Source: an uncultured Bacteroidales bacterium (GTDB taxonomy: Bacteria > Bacteroidota > Bacteroidia > Bacteroidales > WCHB1-69). From it: DNA of 64,000 bases. The number at the start of each line of letters is the position of its first letter. The first letter of the stretch is position 1. Position numbers and translations under genes: made by a program. Shown piece by piece: positions 18,295 through 27,202 of the stretch. A model generated the notes under the pieces. That model did no database searches. It worked only from the letters and a program-made list of their open reading frames with translations, and was not told where the DNA came from. The stretch is from the NCBI GenBank assembly GCA_947165685.1, contig CAMVBK010000015.1, forward strand, positions 776 through 64,775. Direction: 5' to 3'.

Positions 18295-19446
18295 CTAATT
18301 TTTCTTCACAATAGAGATGTAGGAGTAGATGGGGTAATGGTCGGAGACGGCGAGCTCCTTGCACACGGTGTATTGGAAGTCGTTGAACTGCTTGTCGTGG
18401 GCGATGTAGTCGATGCGGTAGGCGGGGAAGTTTCCGCCGATGTAGGTGGTTCCAGTGCCCTTGCCGCTGCCCCGGAAAGCGTCTTTCAGCCCCTGCATGA
18501 GCTTGCCGTAGCTGTAGGAGGCGGGCGAGTCGTTGAAGTCGCCGCAGAGAATGACCGGATAGGGGCATTCGCTGATATGCGTGTGGATGTTCTTGGCCTG
18601 GTGCTGTCGCAGTTCGTAAGCCGCTGAAATCTTCCTCGACAGCTTCTGTGCCTTGTTGTTGAAGGATGAGTCGTAGGATCCAGCCCAAATCGCCTTGCCG
18701 GTCTCGTAGTCCGCGCTGTCCAAGTGCATGGAGGCCAAGTGGATGTTATAGACCCGCAGCGTGTCGCCGTTGTAGCGAATGTCAACGTACATCGACTTGT
18801 TGCTGGACGACTCGGTGGTATCGACGATGCCGCCTCCTACAATCCGGTATTTGCTGAAGATAGCCATTCCAAACTGGTAGCCCAGCTTGTTCTTGTAGGG
18901 AAGCACCACCTTGTGGGTTCGCTCATTGTCCTTGACATTCAGCGCGTTGAGGATGGCTTCAGTGGAACGGAATCCGGTTTTGCCGTTCGGGTCGTAACTG
19001 TATTCCTGGAGGCAAAGGATGTCGGGCTTCTCGTTCTGCAAGAAATGAACTACCTGCCGGTTCAGCGACAACTGTTCATCGCTGTAGATGTTGAAAGCCT
19101 TGGCATTGTAGCTCATCACTTTCAGACAATTGACGCACACTTCGGGCTTTTCGATGCCGCGGAACTGGAAATGCTTATCTATATTATTGACATTCAGTAT
19201 GATGACGAACACCGGAACAATAGCCCAAGAGAAGTCCACAACCAACCAGATGGCAGTGAGAACAAAGTTGGCGATGAGCAGGTAGGGGAAGAAGAGGCCA
19301 CAGTAAGCGATGATACTGGAGAGCGAAGGCGGGAGAAGTTTCGCCAGAAAGGAGAACAGAAGCCCTATGGCGGCCAGGACTGTGAGCACGATGAGTAGCA
19401 ATTTGCCTGCTTTTTTCAGCAGGGCACCTCTTTTCTTCTTTGCCAT
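18295..19446 (-). CDS. endonuclease/exonuclease/phosphatase (EEP) family membrane protein
   Basis: N-terminal TM helices followed by LKVMSYN, DILCLQE, ILCGDFN and SDHYP motifs. Confidence 0.85.
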   Translation of the reverse strand: MAKKKRGALLKKAGKLLLIVLTVLAAIGLLFSFLAKLLPPSLSSIIAYCGLFFPYLLIANFVLTAIWLVVDFSWAIVPVFVIILNVNNIDKHFQFRGIEKPEVCVNCLKVMSYNAKAFNIYSDEQLSLNRQVVHFLQNEKPDILCLQEYSYDPNGKTGFRSTEAILNALNVKDNERTHKVVLPYKNKLGYQFGMAIFSKYRIVGGGIVDTTESSSNKSMYVDIRYNGDTLRVYNIHLASMHLDSADYETGKAIWAGSYDSSFNNKAQKLSRKISAAYELRQHQAKNIHTHISECPYPVILCGDFNDSPASYSYGKLMQGLKDAFRGSGKGTGTTYIGGNFPAYRIDYIAHDKQFNDFQYTVCKELAVSDHYPIYSYISIVKKN

Positions 19447-19449
19447 GTC

Positions 19450-20535
19450 TTACTTTTGCGAATAGTGGAACAGGAAATCCTTCTCCTCAGCGGTCAGCGC
19501 GTCGTAACCGCTTTTGGAGATTTTGTCGAGAATCTCGTCGATGCGCTCCTTTTCCGCTTGGCGACGCGCGTTGAACTCCTCGTCGGAGAGCGGTCGTCCG
19601 CTTTCACGCGAGACGTAATACTTTGACTTTGAAGTATTTTCCCTCTTTTTGAACGGCCATTTCCACTCCCGGTGCCGACTGTCGCCGCCTCCGTTGAATT
19701 GGTAGTAGGTCTGTTGTTGGCCCTGACGCTCGTTGCGCCGCCAGAGCAAAATCAGCAGAATGCCGAAGACCATGCCGCCAAGATGCGCGAAGTGCGCCAC
19801 GCCGTCGGCCGTGCCCATCACTCCGTACAGCAACTCAATGGCGCCGTAAATCAGCACAAACCACTTGGCTTTGATGGGCAGAAGGAAATAAACGTATATC
19901 ATGGAGTTGGGGAACATCATGCCGAAAGCCAACAGCACGCCATAGACCGCACCCGATGCGCCGATCAGTATGAATTGGTTCAAGTAGTTGTCGCGGAGGG
20001 ACATGGTGGCGGTCACCAGTTCATTCAGCGAATCCGGATTTTGCTGCAAATAGTTGTAGTTGTTCAGCAGTGAACTCTTGATTTGTGCAATCTGGTTGTT
20101 TTCAACAAGATAGCGGTATGTCTCAGCCGATGGCGCGTCCAAGAACTGATTGAAGAGCGCCATCGTAGGGCCGATTTCCACAAAGGTGATCACATAGTGC
20201 GTGACGGCCGCTCCGATGCCGGTGATAAGGTAGTAAATCAGAAACTTTTTCGTGCCCCACGCATTCTCCACGGCCGCTCCGAACATCCACAGGGCGAACA
20301 TGTTGAAAAACAGGTGCATGAAGTTGCCGTGCATGAACATGTAAGTAATGAACTGCCACACGTGGAAGTCCGGCGCACCGAAGTAATGCAACCCTAACCA
20401 CTGGTTCAGGTCGCAAATGCCTGACCGCAGGAATACAAAAGTGGCGAAATACAGTAACGTATTGATGATGAGAAGGTTCTTCACCCCTTTCGGCAGGATG
20501 TTGAACCCGCCCATGCTGATTTGTCCATTGTTCAT
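19450..20535 (-). CDS. rhomboid family intramembrane serine protease
   Basis: Contains FMHGNFMHLFFNM, the active-site sequence GASGAVYG, and HFAHLGG. Has a C-terminal cytoplasmic extension. Confidence 0.9.
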   Translation of the reverse strand: MNNGQISMGGFNILPKGVKNLLIINTLLYFATFVFLRSGICDLNQWLGLHYFGAPDFHVWQFITYMFMHGNFMHLFFNMFALWMFGAAVENAWGTKKFLIYYLITGIGAAVTHYVITFVEIGPTMALFNQFLDAPSAETYRYLVENNQIAQIKSSLLNNYNYLQQNPDSLNELVTATMSLRDNYLNQFILIGASGAVYGVLLAFGMMFPNSMIYVYFLLPIKAKWFVLIYGAIELLYGVMGTADGVAHFAHLGGMVFGILLILLWRRNERQGQQQTYYQFNGGGDSRHREWKWPFKKRENTSKSKYYVSRESGRPLSDEEFNARRQAEKERIDEILDKISKSGYDALTAEEKDFLFHYSQK

Positions 20536-20538
20536 ATT

Positions 20539-20652
20539 ATTGGGTTAATGGGTTAATGGGGTATTGGGTTATTGGGTTAAGTTCTTAGTTCTTAGCTCTT
20601 AGTTCTTAGTTCTTAGTTATAGTCCTTAGTTATAGTCATAGTCATAGTTATG
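20539..20652. repeat. composite short-period tandem repeats in the rhomboid 5' leader
   Basis: (GGGTTAAT/GGGTTATT) x5, then (GTTCTTA) x5, then (TTATAGTC/ATAGTC) units. The tract lies between the -7 box at 20668-20675 and the ATG at 20535 on the minus strand. Confidence 0.9.
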
Positions 20653-20667
20653 ACTTTTTCGCGGGTG

Positions 20668-20675
20668 CAAAAATA
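20668..20675 (-). promoter_or_regulatory. -7 promoter box (TATTTTTG on minus strand) for the rhomboid operon
   Basis: The plus strand reads CAAAAATA, 133 nt upstream of the minus-strand ATG. Confidence 0.45.
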
Positions 20676-20708
20676 GTAAAAAATATGGTTTTTTACGTTG
20701 GAAAAGGT

Positions 20709-20716
20709 TACTTTTG
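20709..20716 (+). promoter_or_regulatory. -7 promoter box for aroA
   Basis: TACTTTTG lies 18 nt upstream of the ATG at 20734. Confidence 0.5.
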
Positions 20717-20733
20717 CCTTAAAATTCTGCTTT

Positions 20734-21912
20734 ATGCGTTTTGACATACAACTTCCTGATTGTAAAAGCATTAGGATTCGAGAGCTGGTGAAGTCGTTTG
20801 TGATGCGGAGAGCGTTGTTGCCGTTTTCCGACACCGATTGCCATGATGTCGGGGTGACGGGCCGCGCACTGCGCACAATCTTGGAGGCGACATCCTCGTC
20901 CAAAACCGGCCTTTGCACCGTGGATGTGGAGGACTGCGGTGCAGCCTACCGCTTTCTGATGCCCCTGCTCGCGCTCACGCCCGGACAGTGGCTGCTCACC
21001 GGCACTTCGCGACTCCTGCAACGCCCGATTTCCCCGTTAGTGACTGCTCTTCAGGGGATTGGCGCTAACATTCGGCGGACGGAAAAAGGCTGGGAAGTGT
21101 CGGGACAGCCGCTGCATGCCGCTGTGCTGAAAATCGACTCCTCCCTCTCTTCGCAGATGGCCTCCGCCCTGGTGCTCTCCGCGCCGTTGCTCGGGCTCCG
21201 CACCTTGCATCTTGCCTCGACAGACATTCCCTCCCTCTCTTACCTGCGCATGACACTGGCCTGCACACGCGATTATCCTGTGGAGGTCCCGGGAATTGAA
21301 GTTCCGGAAACGCCGGTGGGAGCCGTCGGCGACTGGAGTGCCGCATTGTTCTGGTTTGCGCACGCCTGTCTGCACCCTGGAAACGAATACTCTCTCCGCC
21401 CGCTGTCCGAAAAATCCATACAGCCAGATTCCGCTATTTTGAATTGGTTCAAAGATTTCGGCATATCTATTTCAAGTGATAATTCAAGTGTGTTGATTCG
21501 CGCCAGCGCACAGCCGAGAAAAGTTAAGCTTACATTAGAGATGCGCGACAATCTCGACACAGTGCCCGTGATGGCGGCTTTGGCGGCCTTGCTGCCCGCT
21601 GATGTCACGTTCCAAAATGTCGGGAACCTGCGCTACAAGGAATCGGACCGACTGCACGCGTTAGCCACTCAACTTGCTCCGTTTGCGGAAATCAGGGTCG
21701 AGGGGTCGTCGTTGCATGTCGTGGGGAAAGGATGCCGGCCTGGTGCTAATCCGTCTTTTGACACGTGCCATGACCACCGGTTGGCGATGGCTTTCCTGCT
21801 TTTCGGCTCGCAAGCCATGTTGAACGATGTGGAATGCCTGCGGAAGTCTTATCCTGCTTTGATGGAGACGTTACTCCTCGTTGAGCACGGGCTTGCCCCA
21901 GAAGCGGAGTAG
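20734..21912 (+). CDS. aroA: 3-phosphoshikimate 1-carboxyvinyltransferase (EPSP synthase)
   Basis: Contains LRYKESDRL and CHDHRLAMAF motifs plus a GAAYRFLMPLLAL region. Confidence 0.85.
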   Translation: MRFDIQLPDCKSIRIRELVKSFVMRRALLPFSDTDCHDVGVTGRALRTILEATSSSKTGLCTVDVEDCGAAYRFLMPLLALTPGQWLLTGTSRLLQRPISPLVTALQGIGANIRRTEKGWEVSGQPLHAAVLKIDSSLSSQMASALVLSAPLLGLRTLHLASTDIPSLSYLRMTLACTRDYPVEVPGIEVPETPVGAVGDWSAALFWFAHACLHPGNEYSLRPLSEKSIQPDSAILNWFKDFGISISSDNSSVLIRASAQPRKVKLTLEMRDNLDTVPVMAALAALLPADVTFQNVGNLRYKESDRLHALATQLAPFAEIRVEGSSLHVVGKGCRPGANPSFDTCHDHRLAMAFLLFGSQAMLNDVECLRKSYPALMETLLLVEHGLAPEAE

Positions 21913-23922
21913 CGCGATTTCGGCGAGGAAGCAGAGCAGGGCAAGGATCAGGAACCAGGGCCATAGGGCTCTCCCGTTCAGCCGGTCGCTCACGCTCTTG
22001 GCGATGTTCTTGGTGTCGGCGCTGGTGACCGAGAAGTGGTCGCCTAACTCGCCAGCCATCTTCTTCAGTTCGCTCTCGTCGTAGCAGGAGAGGTCCGACT
22101 CGCGTCGGCTCAGGTTGAAGGCCAGCGTGCCAAGAGGCTGATCGCCGCGCAGGAGGTCGTACCAGTCGCTCGAATGCGCCTGGTTGTGGAAAAACAAAGC
22201 AGTTTCGTTACCTAATCGCCGCTGCTCAGGGATGAACTCCTCGTTGCCCTTGCGCGCCCGCAGCACGATGGCTTCGTCAGAGCGGTCGCTCGGTAATGTC
22301 ACGCGCTGCATCTGATCGACCCCGATGATGTTGTAGAGCTTCTGTTGCGCCGCGTTCATGATGCCGATGTTGTGTAACGGCACGAAAAAGAGCGCGTGCC
22401 GGTGGGCGTTGCCCCAGTCGTCGCTCAACGCTACAGAAGACAGTATAACTTTCCCGTTCTCAACAGGATAGGCGACGAGCAGGGGGGAGTTGTCCTCCAA
22501 GGCCATGATCAGCTCACTGCCATTCGAGCCGCCCGCAATACTGTAGTGCTGAAGGGTCTGCGGCATGTCGATGCGGGCATCCTGTGTCTCGATTGCCCCC
22601 TTGAAGTAGATGCTTTCAATGTTCAGCATCTTGCATTTCAAGGCGTTCTTCACGATGTTGCCGTAATGCGCCGCCCCGAGGTTCTGCAAAAGGTTGTTCA
22701 AGCTGTTGTCAGCCTTGGCAGAAGGGAACACCAGAAGGGTTCCGCCAGCCTTCACGAACTTGGACAGCTCGTCGCCCAGTCCGGACGAGACGCTCGGCAC
22801 TTCGCTGAGCACCACCACGTCGCTTTCGCGCAGCGCCGTGTAGTTGATTTGTTGGTAGCTCATCTGCTGGAATGTGAACACGGAGTCCTTGCCGTAGAGC
22901 GCGGTCAGGAAGCGGTTGGGCTCTTTGTCGTAAATAACAGACACAGAGCTGTTTTCGGTCACATTATAGGTGAAATAGAGGTCGTTGTCGAAAGTGATCG
23001 GCGCATCTTCGACACTCACTTTCCCGCTGTTGGCCCCTGGCTCGTCAATGCGGTAGGTCAGGTGGCAGTCGGTAAAGCTCCCCGGAGCGATGTCGATAGC
23101 GGCAATAGCCTTTTGTTTTTCGTTAACATGCAGTTTCACAGGCACTTTCTGCACCTCTTCCGACCCATAGTTGTGGATACGGGCAACAAGGGTGACGGTG
23201 TTGTCGAGCTTGAACACCGGACTCAGGAACCAGCAGCTGTCGATGCCCACGTTGGCGGGTTGTTCGGCAGGCGTGGGAATGAGTCCGACATGCGTCGAGG
23301 AGTCCCCGCGCAGTGCGCTCATGTCGAAGTTGTTCTTCTGGAAGTCAGAGATGTAGTATCGGATGACGTTCTCCTTGCCAGACGACTGTAGCGTGTGTCC
23401 TTCAAATGCGCGTATCTCCTTGAACGTATGGCTGTTTGGGGAGACAGCGATGCGGTCGAGCATCTCCAAAACCTGGTCTTTGTTGAGCAGGTGCGACTCC
23501 TCGCCGGTGAAGTCCTGCGTGGTGAGCACGAACTCGTCGGAGAAGTCGAAGGCCTGCACGATGCCCTTGGCGGCATCGACGGCGTCGTAGAGGCGGGAAC
23601 CGTTCCGGCTCTCGCTCTCCATGGAGTAGGAATTGTCCACGAATATGGAGACCACGTTGCCTTTCTTGGCCGACTTGCTGCCGCTGCGCAAGAAGGGCTG
23701 CGCACATGCGAGTACGAGGCAGGCAATACCTAAAACCCTGAGCAATAACACAATAAGCTGCTGTATCTGGGAGGCGCGTTTCGTCTTCTTCTGGATGTCC
23801 TCCAGCATTTTCACGTTGGAGAAATAGACGGTCTTGTATCTTCTGAAATTGAAAAGATGTATGATAATCGGGACCAGGACGGCCGCGAGTCCGATGAGCA
23901 TCAGCGGGTTGGTGAATGACAT
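21871..23922 (-). CDS. BatA-type N-terminal double-TM domain protein (aerotolerance-related/vWA-like family)
   Basis: The N-terminus is FTNPLMLIGLAAVLVPIIIHLFNFRRYK. Has a C-terminal TM segment. 683 aa. Confidence 0.7.
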   Translation of the reverse strand: MSFTNPLMLIGLAAVLVPIIIHLFNFRRYKTVYFSNVKMLEDIQKKTKRASQIQQLIVLLLRVLGIACLVLACAQPFLRSGSKSAKKGNVVSIFVDNSYSMESESRNGSRLYDAVDAAKGIVQAFDFSDEFVLTTQDFTGEESHLLNKDQVLEMLDRIAVSPNSHTFKEIRAFEGHTLQSSGKENVIRYYISDFQKNNFDMSALRGDSSTHVGLIPTPAEQPANVGIDSCWFLSPVFKLDNTVTLVARIHNYGSEEVQKVPVKLHVNEKQKAIAAIDIAPGSFTDCHLTYRIDEPGANSGKVSVEDAPITFDNDLYFTYNVTENSSVSVIYDKEPNRFLTALYGKDSVFTFQQMSYQQINYTALRESDVVVLSEVPSVSSGLGDELSKFVKAGGTLLVFPSAKADNSLNNLLQNLGAAHYGNIVKNALKCKMLNIESIYFKGAIETQDARIDMPQTLQHYSIAGGSNGSELIMALEDNSPLLVAYPVENGKVILSSVALSDDWGNAHRHALFFVPLHNIGIMNAAQQKLYNIIGVDQMQRVTLPSDRSDEAIVLRARKGNEEFIPEQRRLGNETALFFHNQAHSSDWYDLLRGDQPLGTLAFNLSRRESDLSCYDESELKKMAGELGDHFSVTSADTKNIAKSVSDRLNGRALWPWFLILALLCFLAEIALLRFWGKPVLNEE

Positions 23923-23958
23923 ATTTCCTTACTGTTTTGATTCTTTTTTTTCGGGCGG

Positions 23959-23966
23959 CAAAAATA
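23959..23966 (-). promoter_or_regulatory. -7 promoter box (minus strand TATTTTTG)
   Basis: The plus strand reads CAAAAATA, 37 nt upstream of the minus-strand ATG at 23922. Confidence 0.45.
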
Positions 23967-24009
23967 CGAAATTTCGCGGGTGTTTTGCCCCGTACATGTT
24001 TTAAATTTG

Positions 24010-24017
24010 TATATTTG
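24010..24017 (+). promoter_or_regulatory. -7 promoter box
   Basis: TATATTTG lies 20 nt upstream of the ATG at 24037. Confidence 0.5.
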
Positions 24018-24036
24018 CGCCCTTAAAATCATCGCT

Positions 24037-24534
24037 ATGAGCAGAGGCTTTGTAAAAGAAGGCGACCAGGAGGAGGTCCCATTAGTGACACCGAGAGCGT
24101 TTCTTCCTGCGGGGGTGGAGAATTTCGTCACTTCCGCCGGTTTGGAGGAGCTGAAGTCGGAACGCGAGGAAATCCTGCAGGAGCGCAAACAGTACGAAGG
24201 GGTTGACAACAACGATGCCCGGGTGAACAACAACTACCTGACGGCCAAGCTCCGGCAGTTGGAGGAACGTATCCGCACCGCCCGTGTGCTCGATTATGAC
24301 CCGCAAAGACAGCAAGATGTCGCTTTCGGAGCGACTATCGAGTTTAAAAATCTGAAAAACAATCAAATAGCAAAATATCAAATTGTCGGGGTGGATGAAG
24401 CGAACATCATGCAGGGGAAGATTTCGTTCCTGTCTCCGTTGAGCAAAGTGCTGATGAACAAGCGGGTAGGGGAAGTGGTGACGTTCAATACCCCACAGGG
24501 AGAGGTGCGCATGGAGATTTTAGCGATTCGTTGA
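24037..24534 (+). CDS. GreA/GreB family transcript-cleavage/elongation factor
   Basis: Has an N-terminal coiled-coil segment and a C-terminal part reading YQIVGVDEAN...ISFLSPLSKVLMNKRVGEVV. Confidence 0.8.
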   Translation: MSRGFVKEGDQEEVPLVTPRAFLPAGVENFVTSAGLEELKSEREEILQERKQYEGVDNNDARVNNNYLTAKLRQLEERIRTARVLDYDPQRQQDVAFGATIEFKNLKNNQIAKYQIVGVDEANIMQGKISFLSPLSKVLMNKRVGEVVTFNTPQGEVRMEILAIR

Positions 24535-24545
24535 AGAACCCTCGC

Positions 24546-24986
24546 CTACAAGAATTTCACAATTCGCTCCAAAAACTCCGCATCCGTGCGGTCGAAAGTG
24601 CGAAGACGGTCGCTGTCGATGTCGAGGACGGCGATGATTTCGCTGTTCTGGAAGACAGGGACCACGATTTCGCTTTTGGAGGCGGATGAGCAGGCGATGT
24701 GTCCGGGGAACTGCTCCACATCCTCTACTACCACGGTGCGCTGTTCCTTCCAGGCGGTGCCGCACACTCCGCGCCCGTAGCCGATGCGCGTGCAGGCGAG
24801 CGGCCCCTGGAACGGTCCGAGCAGCAGCTCGTTCCCTTGCACGCGGTAGAACCCCGTCCACCAGAATCCGAACGTCTCATGCAGCATCGCCGCCATGTTC
24901 GCCATGTTCGCAATGAGATCCACCTCTTTGTCCATCACCGCCTCGATCTGCGGGAGAAGGCTTTCGTATTTTTCTTTCTTGTTCAT
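24546..24986 (-). CDS. msrC: GAF-domain free methionine-(R)-sulfoxide reductase (YebR/MsrC-like)
   Basis: The sequence WTGFYRV...LLLGPFQGPLACTRIGYGRGVCGTAW...GHIACSSASKSEIVVPV...IAVLDIDS closely parallels E. coli YebR as I recall it. Confidence 0.85.
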   Translation of the reverse strand: MNKKEKYESLLPQIEAVMDKEVDLIANMANMAAMLHETFGFWWTGFYRVQGNELLLGPFQGPLACTRIGYGRGVCGTAWKEQRTVVVEDVEQFPGHIACSSASKSEIVVPVFQNSEIIAVLDIDSDRLRTFDRTDAEFLERIVKFL

Positions 24987-25089
24987 ATAGTTATAGTCAT
25001 TCGTCATAGTCATTCGCTGCCCCCAGGGCTCGCTTCGCTACATAGGCCGGGCTTTCAGCCCTTTTTGGAATTTTTTTGGGGGTGGGACA

Positions 25090-26700
25090 TTATTTGTATA
25101 AGAATCGTTTGATGGAGCGTTTCGGGGTCTTCTCGAATTCGTCTTTTTTCAGCTCTATCTTGAAGATTTGGGCGTATTTGGGGAGTTTTTCGTTGAGTTT
25201 CTGGAGGTTTTCCTTCATGAGCTCGGGAATGGTCTGCCGGAAGCGGAGTTCGCCCTCGTAGTCGGGGAAGACCAGCGCGATGAGCTTGCCTTCGCGTTCG
25301 ACCACCACGGATTCGACCACGCCTTCCATGTCGTTGAGCTTGCCCTCGATCTCTTCGGGGTAGATGTTCTGCCCGGAGGCGCCGAGAATCATGGTCTTGC
25401 TGCGCCCTTTGATGAAGATGTTCTGGTCTTTGTCGATGAGCCCGAGGTCGCCGGTGCGCATCCAGCCGTCGTCGGTGAAGGTGGCGCGGGTGGCCTCCTC
25501 GTTCTTGTAGTATCCCTTCATGACGTGCTCGCCGCGCACGAGAATCTCGCCGACCTCACTATAGGGGTCTTTGGAGTCGATGCGGATTTCGTTGCCGGGG
25601 AGGATGTGGCCGCCGGAGCGGGGCACGAACTCGTGGACGTAGCAGCCGCCGATGAGCGGGCCGCACTCGGTCATGCCGTAGCCCACAATGAGCGGAAACT
25701 TGATGTGCATCAGCAGGTCCTCCACCTCCGGATTGAGGGCCGCGCCCCCCACAATGAAGTACTTGAGCTGCCCGCCGAAAGCCTTCATCAGCTTCTTGCG
25801 CACGGTTTTGACGGCCATCTTGCGCAGCACTGGAATCTTGAGCAACCTCTGCACAGACGGTTTCTCTAAGATGGGCAGCACGGCGCGCTTGCAGATTTTC
25901 TCGATGACCAACGGCACCGTGACGATGATATACGGATGCACGTCGGCGAAAGCTTTCATCAGCAGGGTGGGGGTGGGCGACTTGGTGAGGAAGTGGATGT
26001 GACAGCCGGAGGCCAACGGGTAGAGGAACTCGGCGAGCTGGCCGTACATGTGTGCCAAAGGCAACATGGAGACCACGTTCTGGCGGCCGCCCGGAGGCAG
26101 GAACTGCAGCCCCGTACCGATGTTGGCCGACACATTTCGGTAGGTGAGCATCACGCCCTTGGGCGAACCCGTGGAGCCGGAAGTGTAGTTGATGAGAAGC
26201 AGGTCGTCGAGGTCGCGCACCGTGAAGAAGTGGCTGCTTTTCGGCACGGACGGGCTCTCTTGCGGGAAAGCGACCTCCTTTCGCTTGGTGGCGATAATGG
26301 AAAAGTCGGTGAGCGAGAGGATTGCATCCAAGTTCGGCATGTGGTCGGCCCGCATGTTCCTCCAGAGGTACGGACCGACAATCAGCATCCGAGAGTCGGA
26401 GTGGTTGATGAGCTGCTCGATGTCCTCGCCGGAGAACTCGTGGAGCACCGACACGATGACCGCGCCGTAGGAGGCGATGGCCAAGTAGGCGACGGCCCAG
26501 TTGGCGCAGTTGCGGCCGCAGAGCGCGATCTTGTCGCCCTGCCGAATGCCCATGTCCTTGAAAAAGTCTCGAAGCGCGGCCACCTTTTCCGCTACTCCCC
26601 GGAAAGTGTAACTGTCCGTCCCATTGTAGTCCGTCAAGGCCGGCTCTTCCCAATACTTAGGAAATATTTCGTTGTAATATTCAAATAAATGCTTCGTCAT
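25090..26700 (-). CDS. AMP-dependent synthetase/ligase (acyl- or aryl-adenylating enzyme)
   Basis: Contains the AMP-binding motif YTSGSTGSPKGV, plus GYGMTE and TGDLG. Start at MTKHLFEYY. Confidence 0.9.
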   Translation of the reverse strand: MTKHLFEYYNEIFPKYWEEPALTDYNGTDSYTFRGVAEKVAALRDFFKDMGIRQGDKIALCGRNCANWAVAYLAIASYGAVIVSVLHEFSGEDIEQLINHSDSRMLIVGPYLWRNMRADHMPNLDAILSLTDFSIIATKRKEVAFPQESPSVPKSSHFFTVRDLDDLLLINYTSGSTGSPKGVMLTYRNVSANIGTGLQFLPPGGRQNVVSMLPLAHMYGQLAEFLYPLASGCHIHFLTKSPTPTLLMKAFADVHPYIIVTVPLVIEKICKRAVLPILEKPSVQRLLKIPVLRKMAVKTVRKKLMKAFGGQLKYFIVGGAALNPEVEDLLMHIKFPLIVGYGMTECGPLIGGCYVHEFVPRSGGHILPGNEIRIDSKDPYSEVGEILVRGEHVMKGYYKNEEATRATFTDDGWMRTGDLGLIDKDQNIFIKGRSKTMILGASGQNIYPEEIEGKLNDMEGVVESVVVEREGKLIALVFPDYEGELRFRQTIPELMKENLQKLNEKLPKYAQIFKIELKKDEFEKTPKRSIKRFLYK

Positions 26701-26753
26701 TTTATTGATTGTCAAATTGTTATATCGATTCTTGACCGATGGACAACTTTCGG

Positions 26754-26761
26754 CAAAAATA
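26754..26761 (-). promoter_or_regulatory. -7 promoter box (minus strand) for the AMP-ligase gene
   Basis: The plus strand reads CAAAAATA, 54 nt upstream of the minus-strand ATG at 26700. Confidence 0.45.
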
Positions 26762-26829
26762 GCAAAAGTTTTGAAAGTTTTGTACGCGCCAAACAATCCT
26801 TCTCTATTCGTACGTATTCATATTTTGTA

Positions 26830-26837
26830 TATTTTTG
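26830..26837 (+). promoter_or_regulatory. -7 promoter box for the ACP-KS-CLF operon
   Basis: TATTTTTG lies 108 nt upstream of the ACP ATG. The interval is filled by the hexamer array. Confidence 0.45.
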
Positions 26838-26849
26838 CGCCCCCTTAAA

Positions 26850-26944
26850 AACAATGACAATAAACAATAACAATAACAATGACAATGAACAATGACAATA
26901 ACAATAAACAATAACCATAACCATAAACCGTAAACTTCAACAAT
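26850..26944 (+). repeat. (AACAAT/GACAAT/AACCAT)n hexamer array in the ACP operon leader
   Basis: About 15 degenerate hexamers are read directly from the sequence, and they run up to the ATG at 26945. Confidence 0.9.
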
Positions 26945-27202
26945 ATGGAACTGACAGAAGAACTGAAAACCAAAATGATCGAGGCGTTGAACCTTGAGGA
27001 GATGACACCGGCGGACATCGACGAGAATGCGCCGCTGTTCGGGGACGAGGGGCTCGGCCTCGACTCTATCGACGTGCTGGAGCTGATTGTCTTGTTAGAG
27101 CGCAACTACGGTATCAAAATCGCTGACCCGAAGCAGGGCAAGGAGATTTTCGCTTCGGTGAAGACGATGGCCGACTACGTGGCCGCCAACCGCACGAAAT
27201 AA
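26945..27202 (+). CDS. acyl carrier protein (phosphopantetheine-binding)
   Basis: 85 aa with the attachment motif LGLDSIDVLELI. Confidence 0.85.
   Translation: MELTEELKTKMIEALNLEEMTPADIDENAPLFGDEGLGLDSIDVLELIVLLERNYGIKIADPKQGKEIFASVKTMADYVAANRTK

Noticed and set aside
17852-18688. The 278-aa version of the HExxH-protein ORF.
   Set aside because: The N-terminal 133 residues are Arg/His/Leu/Pro-rich junk that overlaps the 3' end of the EEP gene in another frame. An ATG at 18289, 5 nt after the EEP stop, gives a compact 145-aa protein.
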